A stretch of 64,000 nucleotides of DNA from Sphagnum compactum (taxonomy: Eukaryota). Shown here piece after piece: positions 40,741-54,159 of the stretch; the first letter of the stretch is position 1; every line of letters starts with the position of its first letter. The position numbers and the translations under genes were made by a program. Under the pieces are notes generated by a model that did no database searches, had not been told where the DNA came from, and worked only from the letters and a program-made list of their open reading frames with translations. The DNA is taken from positions 9,548,001-9,612,000 of the forward strand of contig OZ234494.1 of NCBI GenBank assembly GCA_965153455.1. The letters are read 5' to 3'.

Positions 40741-42120
40741 TTATAATCACTAATGATCTCAATTGAATGACAAACCACCATGTCGTCATGTGAAGGTTGG
40801 TCAACAAATATTTGTATAGCTTGCCTTGTGGATTCTTGTTGAATTAACATGGGAGTGAGATTTAATATAAGTGATGAGTTGTTGATGACAATATTTCTGA
40901 TTCCGTATCAATAATAACTTTTGGAGTGGAATTGGTGTGTTTATCTCCTAAAATGTCTAAAGAATTTGCAGCCTCCACAAAAGTATTAGGCATGTCGAAA
41001 GCATTTAAAGCTTGTCAATGATTGAATCTGCATGAATTGTTGTCCAGAAAAGGGAAAATATTAAGTAATGATTTCAAGAAATAATTGGAGTTAGCATATA
41101 AAATACATGAAAAAGTATGAAAATTTACCTTTTGGAGGAGTTGTAATTTCCACATGTTTATAACATGGGTTGTTAGATTTGTAGAAATTCAAAATATTAG
41201 TAAGTGCAGCATTGCAAACTAAAACTATTTCTCTATAATTACAATGAATTGAACTAATGTTAAAGCCCCAACAATTGAAACTTTGAAACACCCCATTGCT
41301 GCAATGTTGGCAGGAAGAAGGGTTATAGGTGGGGCTAGTGTTGTAGCAAATGCATAACTATGGGAACGAATTAAATGATTTCATCCAAATTTCACAATAG
41401 ATAACCATACATTATTTTGGGCCAATGTTGTCATAGCCAATTCTATCATGGTTAGGGAATGCATTTTTTTGGAAGTATTCCCATATACAATCCATTTGCA
41501 ATGGCAAATTGACGTAGCTCATTATATGAAGTTTTTTGAAGTGATTCAAAACATTTTGTACAAATTGAAAGTTGTGGAAAGTTTGACAATAATGGTGGAT
41601 GCAACAAAATTCCTCCGATTGATAATAACATACCTTCAAAAATCTTGCATGGGGGTTGAAGCGCATAATGGTTCGAAAGAGCTAGTGGGAGGTCTACAAG
41701 AAGTTGAAATTTTTGCCTCATGAATTCTAAACATAATTCATTTGGGAAGTGTTTAGGCAAAGATGACATGGGAACAAGATTGTCACAAACAGAACAAATT
41801 GATTCATCCATTCCTGTTGTTAAACACAATTCAGCCATATCAAATATTTGATGAAGGCAAGATGATTGAACATGACCAATAACATTTTTAGCATCCAATG
41901 ATTTGAGATAAGTTGACATGTGTAATCTTCGGACATTTTCTTCTTTGGTTTCCTTTACACGTTGATTTTGAATATATATCCTAAATTGTTTTTGTTGTTG
42001 TTTTCAAGTTGCAAGAGATTCTTCTGCATTTTTTTTGTGTGCATAATTGTTTTGTTATCTAGTCGACATTCATATTCGATTTAAGATTCATTTGCACATC
42101 GTTTACGCATTCAATTTTGT
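40741..42120 (-). pseudogene. N-terminal part of a Helitron-like Rep/helicase gene (DUF6570-type domain)
   Basis: ICSVCD...ICTKCFESL...FAIANGLYMGILP, SLTMIELAM, LLP...FKVSIVG, FYKSNNPCYKHVEI, MVVCHSIEIISDY. Truncated by the LINE just before the expected FPxLFPxG motif. Confidence 0.75.
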
Positions 42121-43419
42121 TGCAACACTAGGCAATGTTCACATGTCATACATGGTTTAGATGAATCCATTCAATTTTAATATGTTTGCACAACAAGAAA
42201 AGTTTTGAAGGAAAGTTTGGCTTGATACCAAAGGGGCATACTATAATACTTCCTTTGTTGGGTGAAGGGATTAGGGGTGTAGTGGAGAAAGGGGGTACAT
42301 TGGATGAAGCTAATGGCATGTTGCAAGTTGGGACAGATAGTTGCAGACCATGGAATTCTACATGGATGAAGTCATGGGTTCCCAATCTCCAATTGTTTCA
42401 ACCAATTCCAATATGTCAAGATCTTGGCTCTTTTGTTGGTGTCACTATATTCTTGGAACTTGCCATTGTGTCTTCCTTGACTTTCAATACATACTAGAAA
42501 TGGTAGTTGGTTCTGGCAGTCAATTGTAGCAAATCATAATCCATGAATTTTGTATGTTGTTTCCTATAAGGTCAATTAAATACATTTCAACAAATAAATC
42601 TTAAAAGTATTTTAAATTATGACAATCACATGCTTTTATTAGGGATACTTGCATTATGGATTCATGATGACATACATGTGGAAGTCTTTTGTTAGTGATA
42701 GTCTTCCTCTAGACCTGAGCCACTTGAGTATATTGAGTTGTTCATAGGAATATCCATGACAATGTACGAGTAACACATGATTACCATAGGAAAATGGAGT
42801 TAATTATGCATCTTATGAACACATGTTGTTGATAAAAATGTTGGGAAATTCCCTTCTTGGGGTTCAAATGAATTTGGCACTTGTTTCTAATGGTTGAGAA
42901 CAACATCCATGGTCATTTCCCTCATGCATAACATTAAAACTTTGTATGTTGGGGTCTTGTTGTTGATTGTCTTCTTTTGAAGCAAGGTTAATTTGATGAG
43001 TAGATCTTTCTAAAGTTGTATTTTTGCTCTTCAATATTGCCTCAAAAGGGTCTTTACCTATTTTTCACTTCCTTGCCGTAGAAATTACCAATATGTGAAT
43101 TACAACAATACAATGATGTCAAAGATAATTGCAAAGTACCTTTGGAAGTTGCACTATCATACCATCTAGACACCATACACATAAAATCTATACTACTAAG
43201 AAGATCAAATTCTATTTGAATATCTTGACAATGCAACCAGATCTTGATAATTCACAAAAAACTCATGACAAACCTTTGGAAATAAGGAGCACAACATGGT
43301 TTTAAAAATAATGTGTGAAAACTAGTTATGAAATTTCTCCTACATTAAGGAGAGCCCCAACTTGACATCTAATAACACATGATAGTGAGAATTTGAAAAT
43401 CAAAACTTGCATTGTGCAT

Positions 43420-43890
43420 AAACATATTTTGTGGTGCCTTATGCCGGTCATTAATAGAAACCTCCATCTTTTTTTGTGAGCATTATTCAAGCCAAGATCG
43501 TTGCAAAATGTAAACATCCCACATTGCAAGTTGTTTTAGCATAATCAATTCCCCATACCAAATCACTTTCAAAGATGTGTCAGTTAATGAACTTTCTTAA
43601 TGTTGATAATGACAAAAAGGTCAAAACCTAAATAAGCATCCACATTTGTTTGATTGCATATTCATTCTCCTAAATCATTGCATCCCATAATTTGTCATTC
43701 CCATTCTGTTGCAAATACCTTTCCAAGGGCTACCCACAATAACGCGAGTGAATGCATTGTTGAATTCTATGTCTTTTGTGATTCCACCATCAAGCACCAA
43801 GGTTACCAACCTTCTCATTTCCATAGCCTCAAAACCTGTGAAGTGAAATTGGCAACTAGATATATGTAAGTTTGTGTTCATGTTTATTGT
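43420..43890 (-). pseudogene. TOPBP1: BRCT-domain fragment of a TOPBP1/MEI1-like gene, two exons
   Basis: LHISSCQFHFTGFEAMEMRRLVTLVLDGG...FTRVIVGSP|gt (donor at 43718), then VYILQRSWLE*CSQKKMEV. Resembles plant MEI1 LVGFEASEMRKLVNMVRRGGG..THIVVG / WLEDC (recalled). Confidence 0.7.
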
Positions 43891-45578
43891 CAAGTTATTT
43901 TCAAACTAGATTGAGGTTCAATTATTCAATTGTTAATAATCGGTGTAATCCGATCTCCAATATGCATTCATATGATCGCATTAACATTAAGATGAAGAAA
44001 CATGTCCCTTTTGATTTATGCTACATACGTGCTATTATAATATTCATTAATTCATGAAATTCGTTGTTTATAATATTATACATTGTATGCATGGTTTGTT
44101 TTAAGTTTTGGGATATACAAATTTTGATGCATATTTTGAAAATTAGCAAATATTGTTGACTTTATATTACCCAAAAAAAGAACAGAAATTGATTTGACCT
44201 AAAAGATGTCCAAGTAATCAAATCTAGACATTAGAATGAGGAAAATGAATAAGGCATGTTGCAATTTAACTTAACTACCTACATTGACATGAAAAGACAC
44301 ATGAAAAGGCACATGCTAGTGTCTATGGAAGCCTCTTTTGTTGCAAAATATGTGAGAACCAACCAACCAAAACATTCATCTCCATGATAGTAAATGTAGA
44401 TTATGAACCCATTTCATGTGCCATTTCATGTGCCTTTCCAACCATCTCCCTGCTCATACTACCTTAACATGTGTTACATTCTACTTCCATTTATCTTTCC
44501 TTTATAGTGGTCATTGTATCATGCATATGCAAGTAATGTTGAAATGTTTTTAGTGCTTATGTCTATTTGTTGTTAATTTTTTGTTGCATTTGTGGTTTGT
44601 TGCACGTCTTTTATGTGCTTTTGAGTTTATGTTCTTGGTGCTTCTTTCTCATGAGTAGAAAGTTCAAAAATTTGCTTGAATAATGTTATTCCCCAATGCT
44701 TGTTTTTAATTTGGTGTCATTCACTTATGCAAAATTTAATGATAAATTGAAGTCTTTTTGTTTTTTACTCTTGTCCATTTTTTAATGTTCCACACCACTT
44801 TTTTTGTAGTGTAAGAATCTACCTAAGTTTAATTTCCGCATTAGATTTTTAAGAAAAATCATCTGGTGTAGATGTTGAATTATGGCTTGAGATGAATTTA
44901 ACATTTTTTTCTTCCCAAGTTCAAGTTTGTGATATAGTAGGCATTCATGAACTCAGGATGTTAAGAAACAATTCATGATATTAGATCTATCCTATATTGA
45001 AAATTGCAAGTTGCATTTCACTTGGAAATAGTAGTCTTTGATTTATTTGGGGCATAGGAAATTATTTGAAATATCAAGTTTTTGAACACCATCATGATTA
45101 TTAATGAAGGGGAAACATACCAAACAATAAATCAACAAACTTTGTTCTTAAGAATAGGAAATAAGTTTATCATTATGGGAGAGACCAACCTAGTAATTTG
45201 GCAGAGATTCCAAGGGAGCAGTATAGCGCAAGGGTTTGCTTGCCCCTAGCAATTGCATTGACCCACCTTGTACTTTGAGATGGATCATTTGTTTTATGTA
45301 ACTTGGTAACTTCTGTTATTGACCATACTATAAACATATTTGTAAAAATATTGGGAAAATTTTGTGAGAGAAATTGAATTAACAATGCTTATAAAAAAGG
45401 TGGAGTCTTTGTGAACTTTCCAAGCAACACAAAGAAAATACAACAATTTTTTGGCCGCCAAAATACAAAATGGCCTCTCTTTTAAAATGAGTGGCCTCTC
45501 CAAGTGTTCAACTAAGCATTGTAATTCCAGAGTGCACAATGGCATGAAGAACAAAAGGGAACATGAGGGCATTTTCAC

Positions 45579-46133
45579 CTCATTCCCATGCATGTCCATT
45601 GAAGTCTTTAGTTCAACCTAACAAAAAAGAGGCTCATGACCTTTTCCAAGAATTAAATCCAAGAGCTACAAAAAAGTGAAAAATGTTGATAAATCCTTTC
45701 AGCCAATGAATGTCTAAACAAAGTTTATTTTCAAGATTAACTGAATACATACAAAGTACTATCCTCAACAAACATCATGTGGATCATAGATAGTTCACCA
45801 AGCAATCCAACTTGTCATTACATAAACATTGAAAGTCACCAATGGGAACTTATGCTAAATCACCAAAATTGTTAGCTTGAAACTATAGGCAAAGGGTGGT
45901 ATAAAAGTCACACAATATTACATAAATGTAGAACATCCAAAACAATTTACATGCAATCCCTATTGATTCTCCAAATGTTCTATTTGTCACTTTGGGTCAA
46001 GAGTTAGAGCAATATTTACCTTGCTGATTGGAGAAGCAATTGGGAAGAATATAACAAGGAGTACATAGACCATTGGTGCCATAGTTGCACCAACCGCCAA
46101 CCTAAATTTGGAGCAAATTGCTTGAAGTACAAT
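45579..46133 (-). pseudogene. DUF21/CNNM (CBS-DUF) gene fragment, two exons (46020-46133, 45579-45665)
   Basis: ag|IVLQAICSKFRLAVGATMAPMVYVLLVIFFPIASPISK|gt and ag|LLDLILGKGHEPLFC*VELKTSMDMHGNE|gt; canonical splice sites, one stop. Confidence 0.88.
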
Positions 46134-46769
46134 CTAACATCATCTCACATAGCAAATACAATTCTCTTAACCAAGTGGTCTCTTAGAGAATTATAAAGTA
46201 TTCTAGAAAGATACAGATAGTTGAAAAGAAGACACTTGGACATAATGATTTGTATATGCTTGCCAAAAAGCCCAACTCAAAGGTAGGACCCTTTACAGAC
46301 ATGAATGGCTACAGAATGGAGGGTAGAATTCTAGCAGTGAGAATGGCAACACTTGTATTACTCCCTAGGGGTCCTAGTGGAAGTACTCCCTCACAACAAT
46401 TTTCATTGGCGAAAGATTTTTAATTACATTAGTTATAGCTAGAAAAATCAGTTGGAGGTACTGCACCTACCATGCTTCACATACGAATTAGCATTTTCAT
46501 AGGCCAGTTATATCATCAAACCTCTACTATCCAAAACAACTCCTAGCATTGCATGATTAATTTATGATAATTTCAACAATCCTCCATTTATTGAAACTTT
46601 CTTTGCATATTTTAAAATATTATATTCAAACTCCAAAGTTATGAATATAACATGTATCAATTCCTATTGGTAAGAGGAAAAATTGAATTCACCTCCCCAA
46701 ACATGAGAATCAAGGCAATAACAACCCCACATATTCACTTTTGAAATCTGTCCATAATCCTTCACCTAT

Positions 46770-46928
46770 ATTACATTATTGTCTATTGTTGCTTTTTGTA
46801 ACAACAGTAGTCATAGTTGCATAGAAAGTGTGACTCTTAGCAACCTTGTTGAAGTCAAAGATAATGTTACCTTCTTGCCAATCATTATATCTATCAACAC
46901 CAACACCACATTCCAATCCTGCTCCCAC
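46770..46928 (-). pseudogene. IF2: Plastid translation initiation factor IF-2, last exon fragment
   Basis: cag|VGAGLECGVGVDRYNDWQEGNIIFDFNKVAK resembles the IF-2 C-terminal EVxAGLECGIGxDDxxDWxEGDIIEAFN. Confidence 0.85.
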
Positions 46929-48086
46929 CTGTATAGTTGACCACTAGTTCAATATAAGTAACAAACAACAACAAATCTTGTCCAACAATTTGGTTTTCAA
47001 TGGACTTCAATTGAACTAGAAATTTCACAATGTTTGCTATTGTGAATAATGTATCTTCCTAACTTTCACCAATTGGTATGAACATGTTGACAAAATTGCA
47101 GTTACAACACTTTTGCATTCAAGGGTCTAATTGTTTGCCTAATGGATCAATGGACATGATATCTTCAACAAGAACACAATGCTAGGAAACACAAATACGA
47201 TGGGCTAAAGATTAAACCACCTACTATTAACAAACATGTACCTTGCCCTTACCAATAGTTGCCAAGGTCATGCACTTGATGTTGTGATGCATCATATAGA
47301 TAGTAAATACAAAAGCATTGTTGTTAAAACACTTGGGACCAATATTCTCCTAATGTGTTGTGAATAAAGTAACTAGATGATTTCCCATTTTGAACTTCCA
47401 CTAGTCTACCACCTACTTAGCAAATTCCTTGATATTCCTTGGATTTTTCCTTTGCAGGGAACATGCAGTCACTGTTATGCTTAATTGTTTGAAATTGTCA
47501 TTCTTGTTCCTTTTTTACCTCTTTCAGATTTGAGGACGACAAATGTGGGGCACAAATGTTTACATAGATGATTCTAACAGTGTAGCATGTAAGAGATCAA
47601 CATACATGAAAATTCTTTCACACCTTGCTTACTTTCTTGTGTCCAAATGTTTGCTTACATGCATGTTTGTGTTAGTCCATGTTGTTTTAGGTAAAGGGGA
47701 TGCTTTTGAAACATTTTCAATTAGGGTTTTGGCTCCTAGACAATGTGTACATATGTGACACCCACTTAATTCTTGGTTTGGTGCAATGTAGTTTTGATGC
47801 ACACATGTTACTACATTCCCACATCCACTCTTTCACTGCGTCCTATTTCTGAGCTTCATGCCACAATTCAGATCTTTCCACCTCAAGAAAGTGTCCTTCT
47901 AGTCCCTCCAACATTTTAAGTTTGATGTAGTATGACCAAACTTGTTAAATGTTTACAAATTTTCCAATCCTTATTTTATGAAGTGTGGGTTGTTCTGTTG
48001 TGTTTTACTGTTTCCTGTTGTCCGCAGATTACAACATTGTGACATTAAAAATCCTTATTCCCAGTTTGTACTAAAATGCAGATGGG

Positions 48087-48266
48087 TGTTGGAAAAGTAA
48101 AATAGAGGAAATGAATTAAATTTTATTCATAAAAGCTTATATTTGAAGGAACACAACCTTCAATATCTAAAGGTCTAGAAAAGTTGTGTCTTTCTATGAA
48201 TGTCTTTTTATAGTAACTAACCATATGTACAAACTATTGAACTATTGTAATTATATGTATCTAACA
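48087..48266 (-). repeat. Copia 3' LTR (180 bp)
   Basis: tgttggaaaag...tatctaaca; direct repeat of 53172-53355. Confidence 0.95.
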
Positions 48267-51200
48267 CTCCCACTAGTTCATTAATTGTACTATCATTTAA
48301 TGTTCTATAGTTCATCCAAAGCTTGAAATCTTTTTCACTTGTAATTATGTGATGCTCCCACATGATTAAATTGCCTTGGAAAGTCTTTTGTTGATTGAGT
48401 TTGGATTTACCATTATGCCTCCCACTCCAAAGGCTATCAAGGATTGGTAAATTATGAAAGGCCCGAACAACAAAAGTTGGTGTAAAATGTGTTTGAGCCA
48501 TGAAGGCCTGAATTTTGGGTGATGATGACTCAAGGGAGGGGTCTTGGAGCTTAAAAATAGGAAAAGAAATCATCCCCAAGGCCTGAATACAAGAATAATG
48601 GCGCTATTTAAATACAATTTTAGTAAAAATATCCGCAACCATTTCAATAGTTGGAATATATTCCAGTGTAATTTGTTGAGCCAAAATTTGATCTCTAGTA
48701 AAATGGTATTGAGTGTCAATATGCATACTGTAGGAATGAAATTTGGGATTGGCAGTGAGAGCAATTGCACTATGATTATTTGAATAAATTTATTTGGTGT
48801 GGTTTGTGGAAATCCAATTTCCGAAAGTAACTTATGAATCCAAATGGCTTCAATTGTGGTTTTGGATAAAGCCATATACTCCAATTCAATGCTGCATAAA
48901 GCTACAAATGTCTGTTTTTTGCTAGACCAAGTGACTACACCACCTGCCAAGAGAAAACAATAGCCTGGAAGTAGATAGTTTTGTATCTTGATCACGGCCC
49001 AATCTGCATAAGAAAAACCATAAAAAAAATTCCCATTAGCTTGATGTGGATACTGATGCCAAGATTGGCAGTACCTTTGATGTAACGCAAGGTGCGCTTA
49101 GTTCCTTGCAATGTCGAAGGCCAGGAGTAGAAAGAAATTGAGCTAGGGGAGTTGACAATGTATGTGGTGTCTGGTTTGGTATATACACTATTGTGCATCA
49201 GGCTGCCCATTGCTTGGGCATAAAGTACAAAGGCCATTTGTCCTTGTTCATCTGGGGAGTGTGGATAGTCATATTTGGAAAGTCTATGTCTAGTTTCAAG
49301 GGGAGTGGAAATAACATGAAAATTGAACATGTTGTATCAGGGTAACACACCATTTAAATAATTATTTTGTGAAATAAGAAGCCATTTGTTGATTCGGTTA
49401 TGGATGATCCAAAGACCAACAACATAATAGATGTCGCCTTCAAAAGTCATCTCGAACTCCTTTTCGCGAGTCAACAACTTGGCAGCAAGAACCAAATTTG
49501 GTGTGACCACAATCCCATCATCCACATATATGGCCAAAATGATGAAATTATCATTATCATGAACTTGGATGTATATGGTTGGATCTGCTTCAGTTTGTTT
49601 AAAATTGATGATGAAGAAAGGTGTCCAATCTTTCATACCATGCCCTTGAAGATTGGCATAGGATGTAGATGGACTTTTGCACTTCACAAACTTGTTGAAG
49701 GTTTGACTTTGGGATGTCTAAACCTTCAAGAAGTTTCATAGATATGTCTTCATGTAGGATTCCATGTAGGAAAGTTGTTTTGATATCAAATTGGTGAACC
49801 TCAAAATCAAAATGTGCAACTAATGTTAATAATATTCTTATGGAATTTATTTTTACTAATGGGGAAATAGTTTCTCCAAAATCTAGGCTTGCAGTATGTG
49901 TAAACCCTTTTGCCACAAGGCATGCTTTATATTTATTTATATTACCATGTGGATTATATTTTATTTTGAACACCCATTGCTAGAGACAAGTTTTCTATCC
50001 TTGGGCAATGTGGTAAGGATCTAAGTGTTATTTTTCTTGTAAGGAATCTAACTCTGATTGGATGGCCTTTTCCCAATGTAAGCCATTTGACCCACTAAGG
50101 GCTTCCATATATGTGGTGGGTTTTGAATTTGAAAATCTTTAATGAAATAAGGCTTTAGGACATTTACTAGTACCTAGGGTCAATTTTCCTTGAATTGTTT
50201 CTATAAGTCTATTGGGCTTTTTAATGACTCTTTGTGTTCGTCTGGGATTTTGTCTCAAATGGCTTTTTTCATGTGTTGTTAATATTTCAGGCATAGATTG
50301 GACTTCATGTTAGTCATCATTAGTACTTAATCTGGAAATTTCTTCCATGATACTAGGATTTGGGTTAAGTACATGATTATTTGGAGATGGAAAATTATCA
50401 TAATTAATTAATGATGCAGTTGAATCTATTGGTGTGATGTGACTAAGTGATGTGTTCATAGGATGAATTGGAGAAGGTAAAGGAGAAGGTAAATTGGGAA
50501 TAATATTTGAACTTATAGGATGAGGAGGACCTATGAAACTTTTGAGAAATTTTTTACTAAAAGGAAGTCATGCATTTGATTGAATGGTTTTATAGGTATA
50601 TCCTTGTGTGGCAAATAGATAGAGGTTTCATAAAAAATAACATCTTTGGAAATTATAATTTGTTTTGTGGATTTAACTTGGATTTTATATGTTTTAGATT
50701 GTTCACTATATCCAAGAAAAATGCATTCATGGGAATGTGATTCTAACTTGTGTTGGGATTCTTTAGGAATTAATGCATAGGCTATACATCCAAAGATTTT
50801 CAAATGTGTAAGTGTAGGGGAAATTCTTATCCTAACTTCATAAAGGCTTTGATTTTCTAAAATGGCTTTTGTCGGACATCTATTTTGAAGGTAGTTGGGA
50901 GTTAGTAATGATTCCCCCCAATAAGACTTTGGTAAGAGAGAATGGAAGAGCATAATGAGGACTGCCCCAATCAAAGTCTTGTTCTTCCTTTCACAAACTC
51001 CATTTTGTTGAGGGATATGAGGTGTGGTGAATTGGCGTCGAATACAATGATTTTGAAAAAAGTTATTGAATTCATTAGATTTATATTGATCGCCATTATC
51101 AATTCTCAACATTGTTATCTTTTTCCCAATTTGATTTTCAACTTTTGCTTTATATTGTTGAAATTTGGAAAACACTTCAACTTTATTTTTAAATTTTCAA

Positions 51201-53159
51201 CTTCAAGATTTTGGTGTGTCTAGACCTATCATCTATGAAGGTAACAAAATACATACACCCTAAAAAAGTAGGAGTTCTTAAGGGATCACATACATCACTA
51301 TGTACTAATTCTAAAATATTTTGAGCTTTGGAGGCTCCTTCCTTAGGAAATTTAATATGGTGTTGCTTGCCTTTAATACAAGATGGACAAATTGATAACA
51401 TTTTTCTCATCAAAGGATCCCAATCCCTTATACATAAACTGGATTTCTTTTAGTTTGTGTTGATTTATATGACCTAGCCCCATATGCCATAAATATGCTA
51501 TGTTGAGGTGTGTGAGATTTAATTTGGTTTGTATTTTATTTTCTTGTTTGTTTGTTTGTAAAGATCTGCTTCCAAGATATATTTAGCAATTTGTTGACCA
51601 TGTGAATTTTTAAGAAAGCAATTACCAGATTTGATGAGGATTTCACCACTAGCATGATCAAATTGCTTTGTTGAGAAAAGGTTCTTTCGGATTCCCGGCA
51701 CATGCAACACATTAGTTACTTCTTTTATAGTACCATCATTTAGTTTTATGCAAACTTCCTCTTGTCCAATTATTTCATCAGTTGAATTATCCCCTAAATA
51801 AACAAATTGGCCTTTCTCCCACTTACTATATGACACAAATGACTCAATGTCATGGGTCATGCGGTTTGTCACTCCGGTATCAACATACCAAGTGTTATCA
51901 CTATCATCAACCATTATCAAAGCTGCCACATACAATTGATTATGTTTGGTAGCTATATTGGAGCATGTTACTTGGCTTTTCTTTAGCAATACATACTCTG
52001 CAATCTTTAATTTCATGACCCATTTTCTTACATTTGAAACATCGAATTTTCTTCCTAGGTGTTTCAAATCTTGGGTTATTACTTGTTGAGGGATTAAAAT
52101 TATCCTTACCTTTTAAGGACTACTGGAGGAAAGGTGGTCCAACTCTTTGGATCCTTCCTTTGGGGTAATATGGCCTTTTGCCAACATACAAGGCTGACAT
52201 ACTATCAGTTGTATGAGTTACATTTTTCATTAGTACTTCTTCTTGAAGAAGGTCTGTGATGAGGGATTGCAAAGTAATATTAGGTTGCCTCCACATGGAT
52301 TATAAATGTCCTATATGATAAGGGCATAGATCGCATTAAGGATAAAATTGCATTGTCATCTGTTACTGGAGCACCGACAGCTGACAATTGTTCTAGTAAG
52401 GATCAAAAAGATTGAATATGTTTGACGACACTTTCACCTTCTTTCATTTTTGTCTTTTAAAAACATTTTTGGTGATTGCATCTTGACTTTCAAACATTCT
52501 AATTGATTCTTGCCAAGCATCATGTGATGTAATTTTTGATTGTACATTGGAAACAACGTTGTTATCTAAGCAATTATTAATGACTTAAATGGCTATTGCA
52601 TCCTTGTCATCCCATTCAGCAATACTACCTGTTCTTGCAGCTGGTAAGACTGCAGCTCCTGCGGCAATTTGAACAACTGTAGGAGCAATGGGTTTTGCTT
52701 ACGTACCATTGACGTAAGGCCATAATTTTTCTGACTTAAATAACAAAGTTAATCTGTGTTTCCATATGTTGAAATAAGTTCCATCAAATTTCAGAATATG
52801 ACTGATGTCAATTTTTGTGTTCATTGACATCTTTTGTCAAATTCTTCAGATTCTTAAATTTATTAATTTTTAATCAAGGCATTCAGATTCCACTTTAATT
52901 TTCTGGAATTATTTATTTGTAACATAGTATGTTCATTGAAACATTTAACAAATGTTGTAAAGGTATTTCCTTCTCTGAAAAATGTGCTGTATGTGCCAGG
53001 GCCCAATTTGACACCAATTTCTCCCATTGCTTGTTGATCCATGCTAGGAGTATCAAATCTGCAATATTAAAGAACTTCCTTTAATTTATTTAAAGATGAG
53101 AGAAATTCATATCAGCATGATTTGACCAAAAAATTACTTTCATTACTTTAAATGTCTCA

Positions 53160-53171
53160 GCTCTGATACCA
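53160..53171 (-). promoter_or_regulatory. Primer binding site (tRNA-iMet)
   Basis: Minus strand TGGTATCAGAGC immediately inside the 5' LTR. Confidence 0.95.
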
Positions 53172-53355
53172 TGTTGGAAAAGTAAAGTAGAGGAAATGAA
53201 TTAAATTTTATCGATAAAAGCTTCTCCTGTATACTTAATGAAGGAACACAACCTTCATTATCTAAAGGTCTAGAAGAGTTGTGTCTTTCTATGAATGTCT
53301 CTTTATTGTAACTATGTACAAACTATCGAACTACTGTAATTATATGTATCTAACA
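53172..53355 (-). repeat. Copia 5' LTR (184 bp)
   Basis: About 10 substitutions plus small indels versus the other LTR, counted by eye. Confidence 0.95.
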
Positions 53356-53528
53356 ATGGGCTCATGTTTGTGTAGTGTACACATTAATGCTGAGGAACAG
53401 TCTTAGATCTCATCCCTGGGGAGGGGGAAGTGAGTTATGTATCTAACAATGGGCTCATGTTTGTGTAGCGTACACATTAATGCTGAGGAACAGTCTTAGA
53501 TCTTGTCCCTGGGGAGGGGGAAGTGAGT
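53343..53528. repeat. 93-bp tandem duplication spanning LTR end, TSD and an HDC1 exon start
   Basis: 53343-53435 and 53436-53528 are near-identical (tatgtatctaacaatggg...ggaagtgagt). Confidence 0.95.
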
Positions 53529-54159
53529 GCAGCTACAGAGTAGAATGCTGCCAAATCATCAAGGTCAGTGTTCGGCCCATTTTTTGCACATGCAAACTTT
53601 TCAACCTGGATGTGAGACGTTTGGTACAATATGTAACATGGGCATGGAGTTCGGCTGTGGAGGTGCAATTATGATTTTTGTGAGAGTGCTATCTGCCAGA
53701 GGCCAGGTTTTGAGTGGTGTACATAGCAACTAATATCCACACTAAAGTTGAGCTTAAAACTTTAGTGATTGTGCATGGGGATACATTATGTTTCTTATGT
53801 TGATATTTTGACATGTCAATGAATGGATGCCAGGCAGGAGGTGGGAGCATAGTGCTGAAACCATGTTTGACACACACCTGATGTTGCCACTACCCTTGGT
53901 CCTGCTGCCTCGGAATGGACTGTTAGCACCAGAGCTGCATGTTCAGTGAGCAACCCCATTCTGCATCTCTCCTGTTCACCTCTATAAAGACAGCTTCACA
54001 ACATAGGCACTCTGGCGGTGTTAAGCTTCCTGCTACTCCTGGGAATTGAATGACATTCAGGACTGACTTACAGACCTTTCACCAGAAACATTCATATTTC
54101 ACAAGTAGGGCACAACATGCTGTGGTCCTGGATGATGGAACAGAGGGTTTTGACTAACA

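Larger units (their letters stand above)
48087..53355 (-). mobile_element. Full-length but degenerate Ty1/Copia LTR retrotransposon
   Basis: TG..CA LTRs, TSD atggg (48082-48086, 53356-53360), PBS, PPT (ctcccact at 48267). Order gag (ATG 52830; CFKCKKMGHEIKDC) - PR (WYVDTG) - IN (VHSDVC, IDNG, QQNGVCER) - RT (LVAKGF, YVDD) - RNase H (SKKQ). Confidence 0.97.
47528..53945 (+). pseudogene. HDC1: HDC1/RXT3-like gene fragment, four exons (47528-47588, 47792-47890, 53469-53563, 53834-53945), split by the Copia element
   Basis: I*GRQMWGTNVYIDDSNSVA / LMHTCYYIPTS..ISELHATIQIFPPQE / YTLMLRNSLRSCPWGGGSECSYRVECCQIIK / AGGGSIVLKPCLTHT..TTLGP...STRAA. Collinear with the RXT3 domain (WGTDIYTDDSDLVAVLMHTGY...RSRAWG..CSYRVE); AG/GT borders. 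Confidence 0.9.
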
